From assembly GCA_016296885.1 (NCBI GenBank), contig JAEDHT010000006.1, positions 150 through 64,149 of the forward strand: a DNA stretch of 64,000 bases. The letters run 5' to 3'. A program made the translations under genes and the position numbers. The stretch comes from Clostridiaceae bacterium (lineage in GTDB: Bacteria > Bacillota > Clostridia > Oscillospirales > Acutalibacteraceae). Below are positions 47,502 through 56,150 of this stretch, in pieces (within the stretch, counting starts at the first letter, position 1; every line of letters begins with the position of its first letter). The notes under the pieces are model-generated. The model was not told the DNA's origin. It ran no database searches and was given only the letters and a program-made list of their open reading frames with translations.

Positions 47502-47864
47502 TTGCATAAAAACAAAGACAAAAAAACACAAAAGAATGCGCAAAAGCATTTCAACTGGCGTTTTGCAGTGTTGGGCGCATTATTTGCGGTATTTGCAGTG
47601 TACTCCTTTTTCACAATAGTCAATCAGCAAGCTCAAATAACCATAAAAACAGACAATCTGGACGAGATACAGCAAAACATTGAGGTTCAGGATGATAAAA
47701 ACGAGAATTTAAAAAATGTATATGAGATTGTTTCACATATTGATGGTTCTTCAAACCTGGAGAATTATCAGGCAGGGCTAAAGTATATCGAGCGTGTAGC
47801 ACGTGACGAGTACGATTATGCCTACAAGGGTGAAAGAATTTTTATAAATATTGCCGGTGATTGA
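47502..47864 (+). CDS. divIC: septum formation initiator (FtsB/DivIC family)
   Basis: N-terminal TM segment, coiled coil, then the conserved C-terminal YIERVARDEYDYAYKGERIF. It sits next to a yabR-like gene, as in Bacillus. Confidence 0.75.
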   Translation: MHKNKDKKTQKNAQKHFNWRFAVLGALFAVFAVYSFFTIVNQQAQITIKTDNLDEIQQNIEVQDDKNENLKNVYEIVSHIDGSSNLENYQAGLKYIERVARDEYDYAYKGERIFINIAGD

Positions 47865-47897
47865 TATCAAATTACAAAAAGGAGAAAAAAACAATTT

Positions 47898-48341
47898 ATG
47901 CAATTAGAAGCTGGAATGATAGTAAGCGGAAAAGTGTCGGGTATCACAAAATTTGGCGCATTTATTGATCTTGACAAGGGCAAATCCGGAATGGTACATA
48001 TTTCTGAAATTGCCTCAGAGTATGTGGAGGATGTAAATCAGCATCTCACAATCGGTCAAGAGGTTAAGGTTAAAGTGCTATCTATAGACGAAAACGGCAA
48101 AATAGCTCTTTCTATAAAAAAAGCACTGCCAAGGTCACCAAAAAGAGCTCCAGCAAGAACAAATTCTAATAAATCAGGTCTGACAAGCTATGAATGGTCT
48201 CCAAGCAACTCAGGTGCATCAAGCTTTGAGGATATGATGTCTAAGTTCAAGCAGTCTAGCGATGAAAAAATGGCAAGTCTTAAAAAAAATGACGGTTTTC
48301 AACGCAAGCAAAGACGTGGCAACAGCAAGCCAGTGAAATAA
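47898..48341 (+). CDS. S1 domain RNA-binding protein (YabR-like)
   Basis: GMIVSGKVSGITKFGAFIDLDKGKSGMVHISEIASEYVEDV...V.VKVLSIDENGKIALSIK is a single S1 domain followed by a basic tail. Confidence 0.8.
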   Translation: MQLEAGMIVSGKVSGITKFGAFIDLDKGKSGMVHISEIASEYVEDVNQHLTIGQEVKVKVLSIDENGKIALSIKKALPRSPKRAPARTNSNKSGLTSYEWSPSNSGASSFEDMMSKFKQSSDEKMASLKKNDGFQRKQRRGNSKPVK

Positions 48342-48353
48342 TTTATTTGACTA

Positions 48354-48397
48354 CAAAAAAGTCTACCGCAGATTTTAGCTGTGGTAGACTCTTTTTA
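48354..48397. terminator. bidirectional rho-independent terminator
   Basis: AGTCTACCGCAG (48360-48371) / CTGTGGTAGACT (48379-48390), flanked by an A-run and a T-run, between convergent genes. Confidence 0.8.
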
Positions 48398-48427
48398 TGT
48401 TTTAATTAAATTCTATTTCTATTGCGA

Positions 48428-48952
48428 TTATTGCAGATTTAGCCTCACATCTGCCCTTAGACCTCTGTTGATAGTCTTTAACATCTTTTCGTTTGGAGAG
48501 AAGATCAACATACATAGACCCTTTTGTTTGGAAGTTTTGAATGCAATCATATATGCATTTTGTTCACTTTCTGCACACTCGTATATTTTTTCGTATCCAT
48601 TACCTTCGTATTTCTGGTTTTGATATATTTCAATATTTTCTACCATACGCAAATCCAGCTTGAGCACTTCTTTTCTCTTTCTATTTGCGACAACCTTGCT
48701 AATAGAAAGCTCACCTGAAAAAACAGCGTATTCAAACTCAATATTAAGCTCAGACCAAAAAAACCATACACCGTATATGCAAAAAAGGGCCACAAATGCT
48801 GCCACAATAAAACAATAATACACCTGTGTTATCATTCCGCTTGCGACAATAATTGCCGGTATGGCAAGTGCTAAAAGCAAAATCAACAGCTTATATATTA
48901 TTTTTTTTGTTCCCAAATTACAGCGCACAACTTGCTCACACATAAAATCCAT
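48428..48952 (-). CDS. hypothetical 2-TM membrane protein
   Basis: 174-aa ORF with GAGGAAA RBS. Two adjacent TM helices, then a soluble C-terminal domain. Family not recognised. Confidence 0.5.
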   Translation of the reverse strand: MDFMCEQVVRCNLGTKKIIYKLLILLLALAIPAIIVASGMITQVYYCFIVAAFVALFCIYGVWFFWSELNIEFEYAVFSGELSISKVVANRKRKEVLKLDLRMVENIEIYQNQKYEGNGYEKIYECAESEQNAYMIAFKTSKQKGLCMLIFSPNEKMLKTINRGLRADVRLNLQ

Positions 48953-48978
48953 TTATATTTTCCTCATTCTATTTTTTA

Positions 48979-50136
48979 TTATAAATCTGATGCCAAAAAA
49001 ACACTATCTACAAAATCTTCATACTTTAAAAAAGATTGGTAGTCCCTTTTAACTTTTTTTCTGTCAACGGTGCTACATTTTATTATTCTGTGAATAAAGC
49101 ACAATGGCAGAAGCGCATAGTTTTTTTTAAGTATAGGATAATTTTTATATCTTCTTTCTTGAAATAAATACTTGTACCAAATATAGTAAAAATATTTCAA
49201 ATGTCGGGCATTTTGTGATTTTTTCTTTATAGAACTCAATATATTACCCGACTCGCTCCCAAAGCAACCCTGCATATACATATATTTGCATATCAGGCTC
49301 TCTCCCTCATTTAATTCGTGGGGTGCTTCACTATCAAATAGCTTGTATGCAAGCGACTTCATCTTTTTATAAAAATTATATAAATTCATCTTGCGCATGG
49401 AATTAAATAATTCTGCCTTGTCAATCCGGTCAAATAATGCCTTATCCATAAAATACAAATCAAGCAAAAACCTGATTCCGGCACCGCCTCCCACAAAATG
49501 CTTATGAAAATGCAAGAGCGTATAGATATACAAATCTTCCTTTGTCATACGGTGGATAGTTTTGTAATTATTGTCCAGTGGGGAACGCATTAGGATATCG
49601 TGAAATTGATCATAAGATATCTGATCTTTGGCAGATATATATTTGTGAAACTCATAGTAAAAGAAAGGGGGCTTATAATATGATAAATCTTTTTCGCCCT
49701 CACACTCCAAAACATATCCCTCTCGTGCCATTAATTCCTTTATTTTATCAGTCTTGTCATCATCAAAAATTATGTCTATATCCAGACTTCGCCGAAAAAA
49801 GCCGTCGGGATAATACTGCTCCAATTCATAACCTTTTATCGGCATAACATCGATATTTTCCTTATCAAATAAATCTAATATTCTATTGTTCTCTTGTTTT
49901 AGTGAATCACTCTGTATTTTTAGAGATATATATTCCTCTTCAAGCCTTGTAAGCACAGCTTCATCGTCACAAACACTCTTGATAACATCATACAAAGAGG
50001 CTGAGATAAGATGACGTCTTAAAAATGAATATAACTCTTTAAAATCAAATTTTTCAGGGAACTCCGGCAGAGTGCTACCATGAATTGCACATCTAATAAG
50101 CCTGATAGCGATCTCACCAAGTGCACTTATATCCAT
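48979..50136 (-). CDS. uncharacterised nucleotidyltransferase family protein (NTP_transf_5-like)
   Basis: About 385 aa. The N-terminal helical region (AIRLIRCAIHGSTLPE...ELYSFLRRHLISASLY) and the central SLDIDI..D...... segment resemble PF14907-type proteins. Start at 50136 or 50151. Confidence 0.55.
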   Translation of the reverse strand: MDISALGEIAIRLIRCAIHGSTLPEFPEKFDFKELYSFLRRHLISASLYDVIKSVCDDEAVLTRLEEEYISLKIQSDSLKQENNRILDLFDKENIDVMPIKGYELEQYYPDGFFRRSLDIDIIFDDDKTDKIKELMAREGYVLECEGEKDLSYYKPPFFYYEFHKYISAKDQISYDQFHDILMRSPLDNNYKTIHRMTKEDLYIYTLLHFHKHFVGGGAGIRFLLDLYFMDKALFDRIDKAELFNSMRKMNLYNFYKKMKSLAYKLFDSEAPHELNEGESLICKYMYMQGCFGSESGNILSSIKKKSQNARHLKYFYYIWYKYLFQERRYKNYPILKKNYALLPLCFIHRIIKCSTVDRKKVKRDYQSFLKYEDFVDSVFLASDL

Positions 50137-50174
50137 CTCTATCCCACCCATCTTATAAAGGTCATTAACATAAA

Positions 50175-50203
50175 TCAGCCCTCTCTTACAAAGAGAAGGC
50201 TGA
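50175..50203. terminator. hairpin, probable terminator
   Basis: TCAGCCCTCTCTT (50175-50187) / AAGAGAAGGCTGA (50191-50203) with one mismatch. T-rich on both sides. Confidence 0.5.
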
Positions 50204-50285
50204 AATTATTTTGTTATACGTTATCTATACGGAATAAAACAAAATGACATTATTCTACTCACACGTTACCTGATATTTTAGATGA

Positions 50286-50438
50286 TTAAAGAATAGAGCA
50301 ATCAAGATACTCTTCTAAATCTTGTTCCTCTTTCTTTAGCTTATCTCTATACATCAAAAAAGCTGTTATAGCTGCTGTAAGTGAAGCAACCACACCAATT
50401 AATGTGATAATGCGACCTAAGTTATTCTTTTTCATCAT
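50286..50438 (-). CDS. 50-aa single-pass membrane peptide (absent from the supplied ORF track)
   Basis: GGAGG (complement of 50447-50451) lies 8 nt upstream of the ATG (50438). It translates to MMKKNNLGRIITLIGVVASLTAAITAFLMYRDKLKKEEQDLEEYLDCSIL*. Confidence 0.5.
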   Translation of the reverse strand: MMKKNNLGRIITLIGVVASLTAAITAFLMYRDKLKKEEQDLEEYLDCSIL

Positions 50439-50548
50439 AATATGCACCTCCAAGCAAATTTAGAAACAGCGTTCTCATATAAGTATGATAAACAATTTTT
50501 CAAAAAAAGTCAATAGTTTTTTGTTACCTTTCAATCAAATATCATATT

Positions 50549-51643
50549 TCAAACTTTGGCATCAGACTTATTTTTACCAAACAGCCTCGAAACAGCATTA
50601 AACACAAGCTGACGAAGAAGTTCTATTGTCATACATACTGCAAAAACAAGCAGAGAAATCCCTATTATTTTTATAACACATTGAAAAACTGAGCCATCAT
50701 ATTGTTTAAAGCTAAACACGCTCCATAAAAAGTTTCTCAAATATGTAAACTCATGTATCATATACACTGCAAAGGTGGTTGATGCGATTTTATTAACAAT
50801 GTTGCTATAAAAATTCAAGCTCAAAAAGAACATAAATATCGCTATGCTACTAAAAATCACAAAGGGATTAGAAAACCACCCAAACGCACCTGAGTATGCA
50901 CTATCTGCTCCGGAAAACAGCTTAATAATAAAGTTTATGCTACATATGCCTATATATGCAAGCAAAAAACGAATATTAATTTTTTGAGGTTTTTTAACAA
51001 AGCGCTTAAGATATCCGCCAAGACAATACATAAAAATAAAGCTATATAGGCTTTTGCCTTCGTTTGCATCTATTATGTCATCTATGTTCACCCAAATTCT
51101 TGCAACCGGCACTTTTTCGAGCAAAGGGAATATTGAGGTTATGAAAAACATCACACCTAAGAGAATCAAATACTGCTTCTTCTCTAGCTTTTGCAACACT
51201 ATATTGATAAACGGCGCCAATGCACTCAGCACTAGGAAGAGTGTTAAAAAATACCACGTTCTGCTGGTAAATGGAAAGAGGCCTCTTAAAATAATCTCAG
51301 CCATTGACTTGTCTTCAGGAATTTTATCAGGAAAGAGTATCAGCGATGCCGCTGTAAGACACACCGAATAAAACACCATCATGCCATATGTTGTAAAAAC
51401 ACGCTTTGCTGTCTTTTTAAGATCAAATCTACTATCAACAAGAAAATAACCTGTAATCATGATGTAGACATTTACACAGCAACGTGTAAAAATCCATATA
51501 AAGTCCATACCGGCATCAAAAGAGCCTCCCAGCTCGTTAGCACGATGTGTAAGCCCTCCAAAATTATAGATATGGACAACAATAATCATTAGCATAGCAA
51601 TAATTCTAAGTAACTCTATACCAGAAGAACGCATCTTTACCAT
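50549..51643 (-). CDS. acyltransferase family 3 membrane protein (O-acyltransferase)
   Basis: The N-terminus RSSGIELLRIIAMLMIIVVH is typical of the Acyl_transf_3 family. About 10 TM segments. Confidence 0.8.
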   Translation of the reverse strand: MVKMRSSGIELLRIIAMLMIIVVHIYNFGGLTHRANELGGSFDAGMDFIWIFTRCCVNVYIMITGYFLVDSRFDLKKTAKRVFTTYGMMVFYSVCLTAASLILFPDKIPEDKSMAEIILRGLFPFTSRTWYFLTLFLVLSALAPFINIVLQKLEKKQYLILLGVMFFITSIFPLLEKVPVARIWVNIDDIIDANEGKSLYSFIFMYCLGGYLKRFVKKPQKINIRFLLAYIGICSINFIIKLFSGADSAYSGAFGWFSNPFVIFSSIAIFMFFLSLNFYSNIVNKIASTTFAVYMIHEFTYLRNFLWSVFSFKQYDGSVFQCVIKIIGISLLVFAVCMTIELLRQLVFNAVSRLFGKNKSDAKV

Positions 51644-51807
51644 ATTATAACCTCTCTTTTCTACCTATATTCACGGCGTGTAGTATTATATAACCTAAAA
51701 AAAGTATTGTCAACACTAACCAATTCATACTCCAAAATAGAAAGCACATCTTCAAACCAATTTACTTAGTCTGAAAATGTGCTTATTATGTTTTTCAAAT
51801 AAATATG

Positions 51808-53862
51808 TCAATCAAGTGATTTGATGATATTTGCAAGATACTTTTGAATAGTTGTTACATCCAGCATTGTCACATAGCCATCATGCGAGCAATCAGCATT
51901 TTTCTTTGATGCTTTGCCATAATCATCATATGATGCCAGGCTGGCCAATATTTTTTGAAGAATTGTAACATCTTCGATTGTTACAGTACCATCGCAATTC
52001 ACGTCTCCATGCATTGTATTATCATCTGCAGAAACAGGTGGTATATATTCGCTTCTTTCAAATCCACAAGCTATACAGATATTATCCTCATATATACATT
52101 CCTCATCCTCTGTGTGACCACACTCTTTACAAACACAGCTATGAGTTCCGTCATTGTTTGAGATAGACACGCATTTATGGTTTTCGCCTGAACATTCACT
52201 CTCGTTTATTCCATAAAACTGCATTAGGAACAGCGAATGTTGGTTCTCATTCATTCTATATGATGTAAAATCATCATAGCACTCAATATATTGTAAGAGT
52301 GTCTCCTCTTGTCCATTTACATATTTTGAACTTAGGTTGACTATATAGAATGAATCGTGACCTGCGTCCTCAATATACCATTTAATGTAGTCATCATCTC
52401 TATCAGATAGATATAATCCGCTTCCCTTTTCAGTGCAAGTGAGATACATTCCCTTGCCGAGAAAGCTATAGGTTCCGTCATCATTTTCTATAACTGTGAA
52501 CAGTGCCATATCATCAGAAAGTGTTAAAGCTCCATTGGTGTCAAGCTGAGTAGGAATAGACTTCATTCTTTGTTTTTCCGTGGTTGTGCTTCCCATAGCC
52601 TTGCCTACGCTCGGACAGTAAATAACTACAGAATCACCGTCATTCAAAGTTTTTGTTGAATACAAATATTTAATAATTTCATACTTGTGGCAAACATTAC
52701 AGTAATAAATATTAAGGTTTTCATCCACACATTCAAAACTATGTCCTGTGGCGTGTACCTTTTCTACATAAGAATAATTGCAGTTTTGGCACTCATACTT
52801 ATTGTAGCCATCGGCTGTGCAAGTAGCATTTTGTGATGTTACATGGTAATCATGCTTGCAACCTGGCTCAGTTTCCTCAAAGGTAAGAGCATAACCGGAT
52901 GGTGTCTGCATATCGCTTGGTATAGCCTCGTCAAAGAGCATCCATGTAAGCTCAGGATAATCAATAAATACATTTCTATTACCTTGAATCTGCTCTACAA
53001 GGTCGTTCCTTCTCATTTCCCAAGTGTCTACAGGGTCTTGCTCCATCCACTCTAACAATGTATCTAGACTTTCAAAAATTGGTTTTCCGTCGTTCTGGCT
53101 GTCATCGGCATCCATCTCAGGCAGATTTCTGCCGGTAACCTGCTCAAGCAGATTTGGCTGTTGCCAACGCACATAAACATACATAATTATTCTTGCTACG
53201 TCGCCCTTAACGTTGTCTGCAACCTCTACGAGGTTATCAGCTTTGCTATACCATATAACATCTGTATCATTTGCAACAGCAGTGTCATAATTTTTCAAAA
53301 CACCTTTCACATTGCCAAACATATAGTTGCTTCTGGAGGAGTTTACATAATCCACAGCAGGACGAAGATGATGCAAATCAGATCCACCATTCTTCTGATA
53401 GAATGATGCGTTGCTCTTTGCCCACACGTGCTCTCTATTCATTGTATATTTATCATTTTTTTTGCAATCGGTATAAAAATAATAGTAACCGGGCTCACCA
53501 TCAGCGGCATCGGTGTATTCCCAATAATGCGCCAGGCTGTTTTTTGTATAGCCGGCATACTTTGGATAGTAACTCTGAGTGTCACTCATAAGCCCATAAA
53601 GCGACTCAAACAGCTCGCTTTCCATTGCCGTGAGCGAACTACCGGAATCATTTCCTTCCATAAGCTTTAGATTATCAAAGGAATATTTGCCACTGTAATA
53701 CTCATCAGCATTCTTGCTAAATGATGTGCAAACCTCATGTCTCACACCGTCATTATATGTAAGCTTGGTTGCAGCTGATGCAGAGCCAGCAAATGCGACA
53801 GTGCTTAATATAAGCATCATTGCCAGCATTATAGAAACGGTCATCTTAAATCTTTTCTTCAT
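51808..53862 (-). CDS. secreted endonuclease I family nuclease with Cys-rich modules and C-terminal dockerin
   Basis: GGAGG RBS and signal peptide MKKRFKMTVSIMLAMMLILSTVAFAGSASA. NREHVWAKS...DLHHLRP...N..RSN is the endonuclease-1 signature. Dockerin GDVNCDGTVTIEDVTILQ...SHDGYVTMLDVTTIQKYL. Confidence 0.85.
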   Translation of the reverse strand: MKKRFKMTVSIMLAMMLILSTVAFAGSASAATKLTYNDGVRHEVCTSFSKNADEYYSGKYSFDNLKLMEGNDSGSSLTAMESELFESLYGLMSDTQSYYPKYAGYTKNSLAHYWEYTDAADGEPGYYYFYTDCKKNDKYTMNREHVWAKSNASFYQKNGGSDLHHLRPAVDYVNSSRSNYMFGNVKGVLKNYDTAVANDTDVIWYSKADNLVEVADNVKGDVARIIMYVYVRWQQPNLLEQVTGRNLPEMDADDSQNDGKPIFESLDTLLEWMEQDPVDTWEMRRNDLVEQIQGNRNVFIDYPELTWMLFDEAIPSDMQTPSGYALTFEETEPGCKHDYHVTSQNATCTADGYNKYECQNCNYSYVEKVHATGHSFECVDENLNIYYCNVCHKYEIIKYLYSTKTLNDGDSVVIYCPSVGKAMGSTTTEKQRMKSIPTQLDTNGALTLSDDMALFTVIENDDGTYSFLGKGMYLTCTEKGSGLYLSDRDDDYIKWYIEDAGHDSFYIVNLSSKYVNGQEETLLQYIECYDDFTSYRMNENQHSLFLMQFYGINESECSGENHKCVSISNNDGTHSCVCKECGHTEDEECIYEDNICIACGFERSEYIPPVSADDNTMHGDVNCDGTVTIEDVTILQKILASLASYDDYGKASKKNADCSHDGYVTMLDVTTIQKYLANIIKSLD

Positions 53863-53930
53863 GGCAATATCCTCCAATTTTATTTTTAAAAATTTTTTCC
53901 TTTTTTAAGTTTACATCTGTTTATTTAAAT

Positions 53931-54359
53931 TTAATTATTGTTTAAATGGTTTTTTCTATAATCCATATAATTTTGAAGAATTATAGTAGCGGCCACGCTA
54001 TCCACAACACCTTTACGTTTTTTCCCTCTTACGTTTGTATCGTTGAGATAGCTATGTGCTGTAATAGTAGTGCATCTCTCATCATATAGGCACACCTGCA
54101 ATGACGTTTTTTCTTCTATTGCAGTGGCAAGCAATCGTGCATTTTGAGCACTCTCTCCCTCGGTACCGTCCATATTTCTCGGCAAACCAACCACAATCAT
54201 CTCGCATCTATTTTCGGTTGCCTTCTTTGCTATCTTATCTGATAAAACAGAAAAATCAGACTCATTTATCACACAAAGAGGAGAAGCAAGCATCTCGCTT
54301 TTGTCACATATTGCAAGGCCTGTGCGCACTTTGCCATAATCCACGCCAAGTATTATCAT
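53931..54359 (-). CDS. ruvX: Holliday junction resolvase-like RuvX (YqgF)
   Basis: MIILGVDYGKVRTGLAICD...VVGLPRNMDGTEG...DER.TT. Confidence 0.9.
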   Translation of the reverse strand: MIILGVDYGKVRTGLAICDKSEMLASPLCVINESDFSVLSDKIAKKATENRCEMIVVGLPRNMDGTEGESAQNARLLATAIEEKTSLQVCLYDERCTTITAHSYLNDTNVRGKKRKGVVDSVAATIILQNYMDYRKNHLNNN

Positions 54360-54383
54360 TCGATTTACCTCTTATTTTTTCAA

Positions 54384-54935
54384 TTACCAGCTACAGAGCC
54401 TCTCGCCCTTAACCTTTTGAGAAAATTCGGAAATTCTCACTAATGGCATATCTGACTCAGAATCAGAATAAAACTCGTCTATCTTTTTATCTCCAAACAC
54501 TTCACGGTATCTTCTCACTTTTTCTTCTCCACTACAATTAACACCTGTGTATTTTCCTGTGTGTGGATCTACTCTGGATGCCATAAGGTTCTTAATTTTC
54601 AATCTATCGCAAGCAGGCTTCAGCAAAAATTCGGGTGATGCACTTATAATAACATCATTTTCACACTGTTTTTGCAGATACCATGCTTTAATATTTTTTA
54701 TATGTGAATCCCAAAAGTCAGGCAAATCAGTATCTATATCTACGTATTTCAGAAACTCATACATACTTTCTTTAAACTGAGTTTTTGTAATCTTCTTTAC
54801 TTTGAAAAGAAAAAAATTCTTAGCAAGTTTTGGTGTTAACTTTAATATTATTTTATGTCTTTTGAGACAAAAAAGATAAAAATGAAAGGTGCTGTCCCCA
54901 TTGTATATCGTTTTATCAAAATCATAGACATTCAT
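54384..54935 (-). CDS. HAD-IB family hydrolase
   Basis: MNVYDFDKTIY (DxDxT) and C-terminal FYSDSESDMPL. Start at CAT 54933-54935. Confidence 0.7.
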   Translation of the reverse strand: MNVYDFDKTIYNGDSTFHFYLFCLKRHKIILKLTPKLAKNFFLFKVKKITKTQFKESMYEFLKYVDIDTDLPDFWDSHIKNIKAWYLQKQCENDVIISASPEFLLKPACDRLKIKNLMASRVDPHTGKYTGVNCSGEEKVRRYREVFGDKKIDEFYSDSESDMPLVRISEFSQKVKGERLCSW

Positions 54936-55213
54936 AAACCCAGCAGCACCCCAAAAATATATGTTATTTGGTGAAAAACATAACACCAAATCGATTTTTC
55001 ACTATTATAGCATAACACATAATATAAATCAATAAATATTTAGTAAATTTATGCTAAATTTACTATAGAAGCAAATAATAACTATCAATGATGTATAAAA
55101 TTAATCTCTAATTGTTTTTTCTAAAAGTTGGTTGAAAAATATTGCTAATTAGTGTTATAATTTATAGCAGAATATTGATATAATGATATTTGGAAGAAAG
55201 GATTGATATAAAA

Positions 55214-56086
55214 ATGACAAAATCAAATTATACTATAATGGCAGATTGCGCTTGTGATATATCAGCAGAGCTATGCGAGAAATGGAATGTAAGATCTGTG
55301 CCCATGGAATTCACTTTTGAGGGAGACGACAAAGCCTATGTAAGCGGTGATATGACCTCTTCTGAATTTTACAACAAGATGCGTAATGGTGAATCTCCAA
55401 GCACTACCGCTGTTAACGTGGATATATACAGAGAGCTTTTTGAAGAAGAGGCAAAGCAAGGTCATGATGTTTTGCATCTCGCTTTTTCTAGCGGACTTAG
55501 TGCTACTTGCAATTTTGCAACAATGGCTGCAAAAGAAATTATGGAAAAATATCCTGATGTAAAAATCTCTGTGGTAGATAGTCTAAGTGCATCTGCAGGA
55601 TACGGTCTACTACTTTATCTTCTCACAAAGAAGCGTGATGACGGAGCAAGTATGGATGAAGCTGTGCAATACGCATTAGAAACCAGAATGCACTTGTGTC
55701 ACTGGTTTACTGTGGACGATCTTGTATATCTAAAAAGAGGCGGAAGAATAAGCGCCAGTGCAGCATTTGTTGGCGGTATACTCGGTATCAAGCCTGTGCT
55801 TCATATGGATAATGAAGGTCACCTCATAAATATGCTGAAAGTAAGAGGAAGAAAGGCATCTTTAAAGGCTATAATAGATAAATATGATGAGTTGGCACAG
55901 ACACCAAGAGAAGGAACTGTATTTATCTCTCATGGCGATTGCATAGACGATGCAAAGGAGCTTGACGATATGCTCTTCGAAAAATACGGAGTCCGTGCCG
56001 AAATTATCACACATATTGGCCCTATCATAGGATCTCACTCAGGACCAGGTACGATAGCATTTTTCTTTATTGGTAAAGAAAGATAA
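55214..56086 (+). CDS. DegV family fatty-acid-binding protein
   Basis: ADCACDIS..L......V.MEF.F, SPSTTAVN, VDSLSASAGYGLL, GGRIS and GPIIGSHSGPGT. Confidence 0.9.
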   Translation: MTKSNYTIMADCACDISAELCEKWNVRSVPMEFTFEGDDKAYVSGDMTSSEFYNKMRNGESPSTTAVNVDIYRELFEEEAKQGHDVLHLAFSSGLSATCNFATMAAKEIMEKYPDVKISVVDSLSASAGYGLLLYLLTKKRDDGASMDEAVQYALETRMHLCHWFTVDDLVYLKRGGRISASAAFVGGILGIKPVLHMDNEGHLINMLKVRGRKASLKAIIDKYDELAQTPREGTVFISHGDCIDDAKELDDMLFEKYGVRAEIITHIGPIIGSHSGPGTIAFFFIGKER

Positions 56087-56107
56087 TCTATAAATATTGC
56101 AAAATTC

Positions 56108-56150
56108 ACGCCCGATATCAAGGTTTTTTCTCGATATCGGGCGTATTATT
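56108..56150. terminator. bidirectional rho-independent terminator
   Basis: Perfect 12-bp stem ACGCCCGATATC (56108-56119) / GATATCGGGCGT (56133-56144), with T-rich sequence after it. Confidence 0.8.

Noticed and set aside
47206-47623. Minus-strand ORFs 47206..47427, 47334..47549 and 47441..47623
   Set aside because: They overlap RNase P RNA, the divIC start, or both. RNase P identity is supported by universally conserved P4 sequences.
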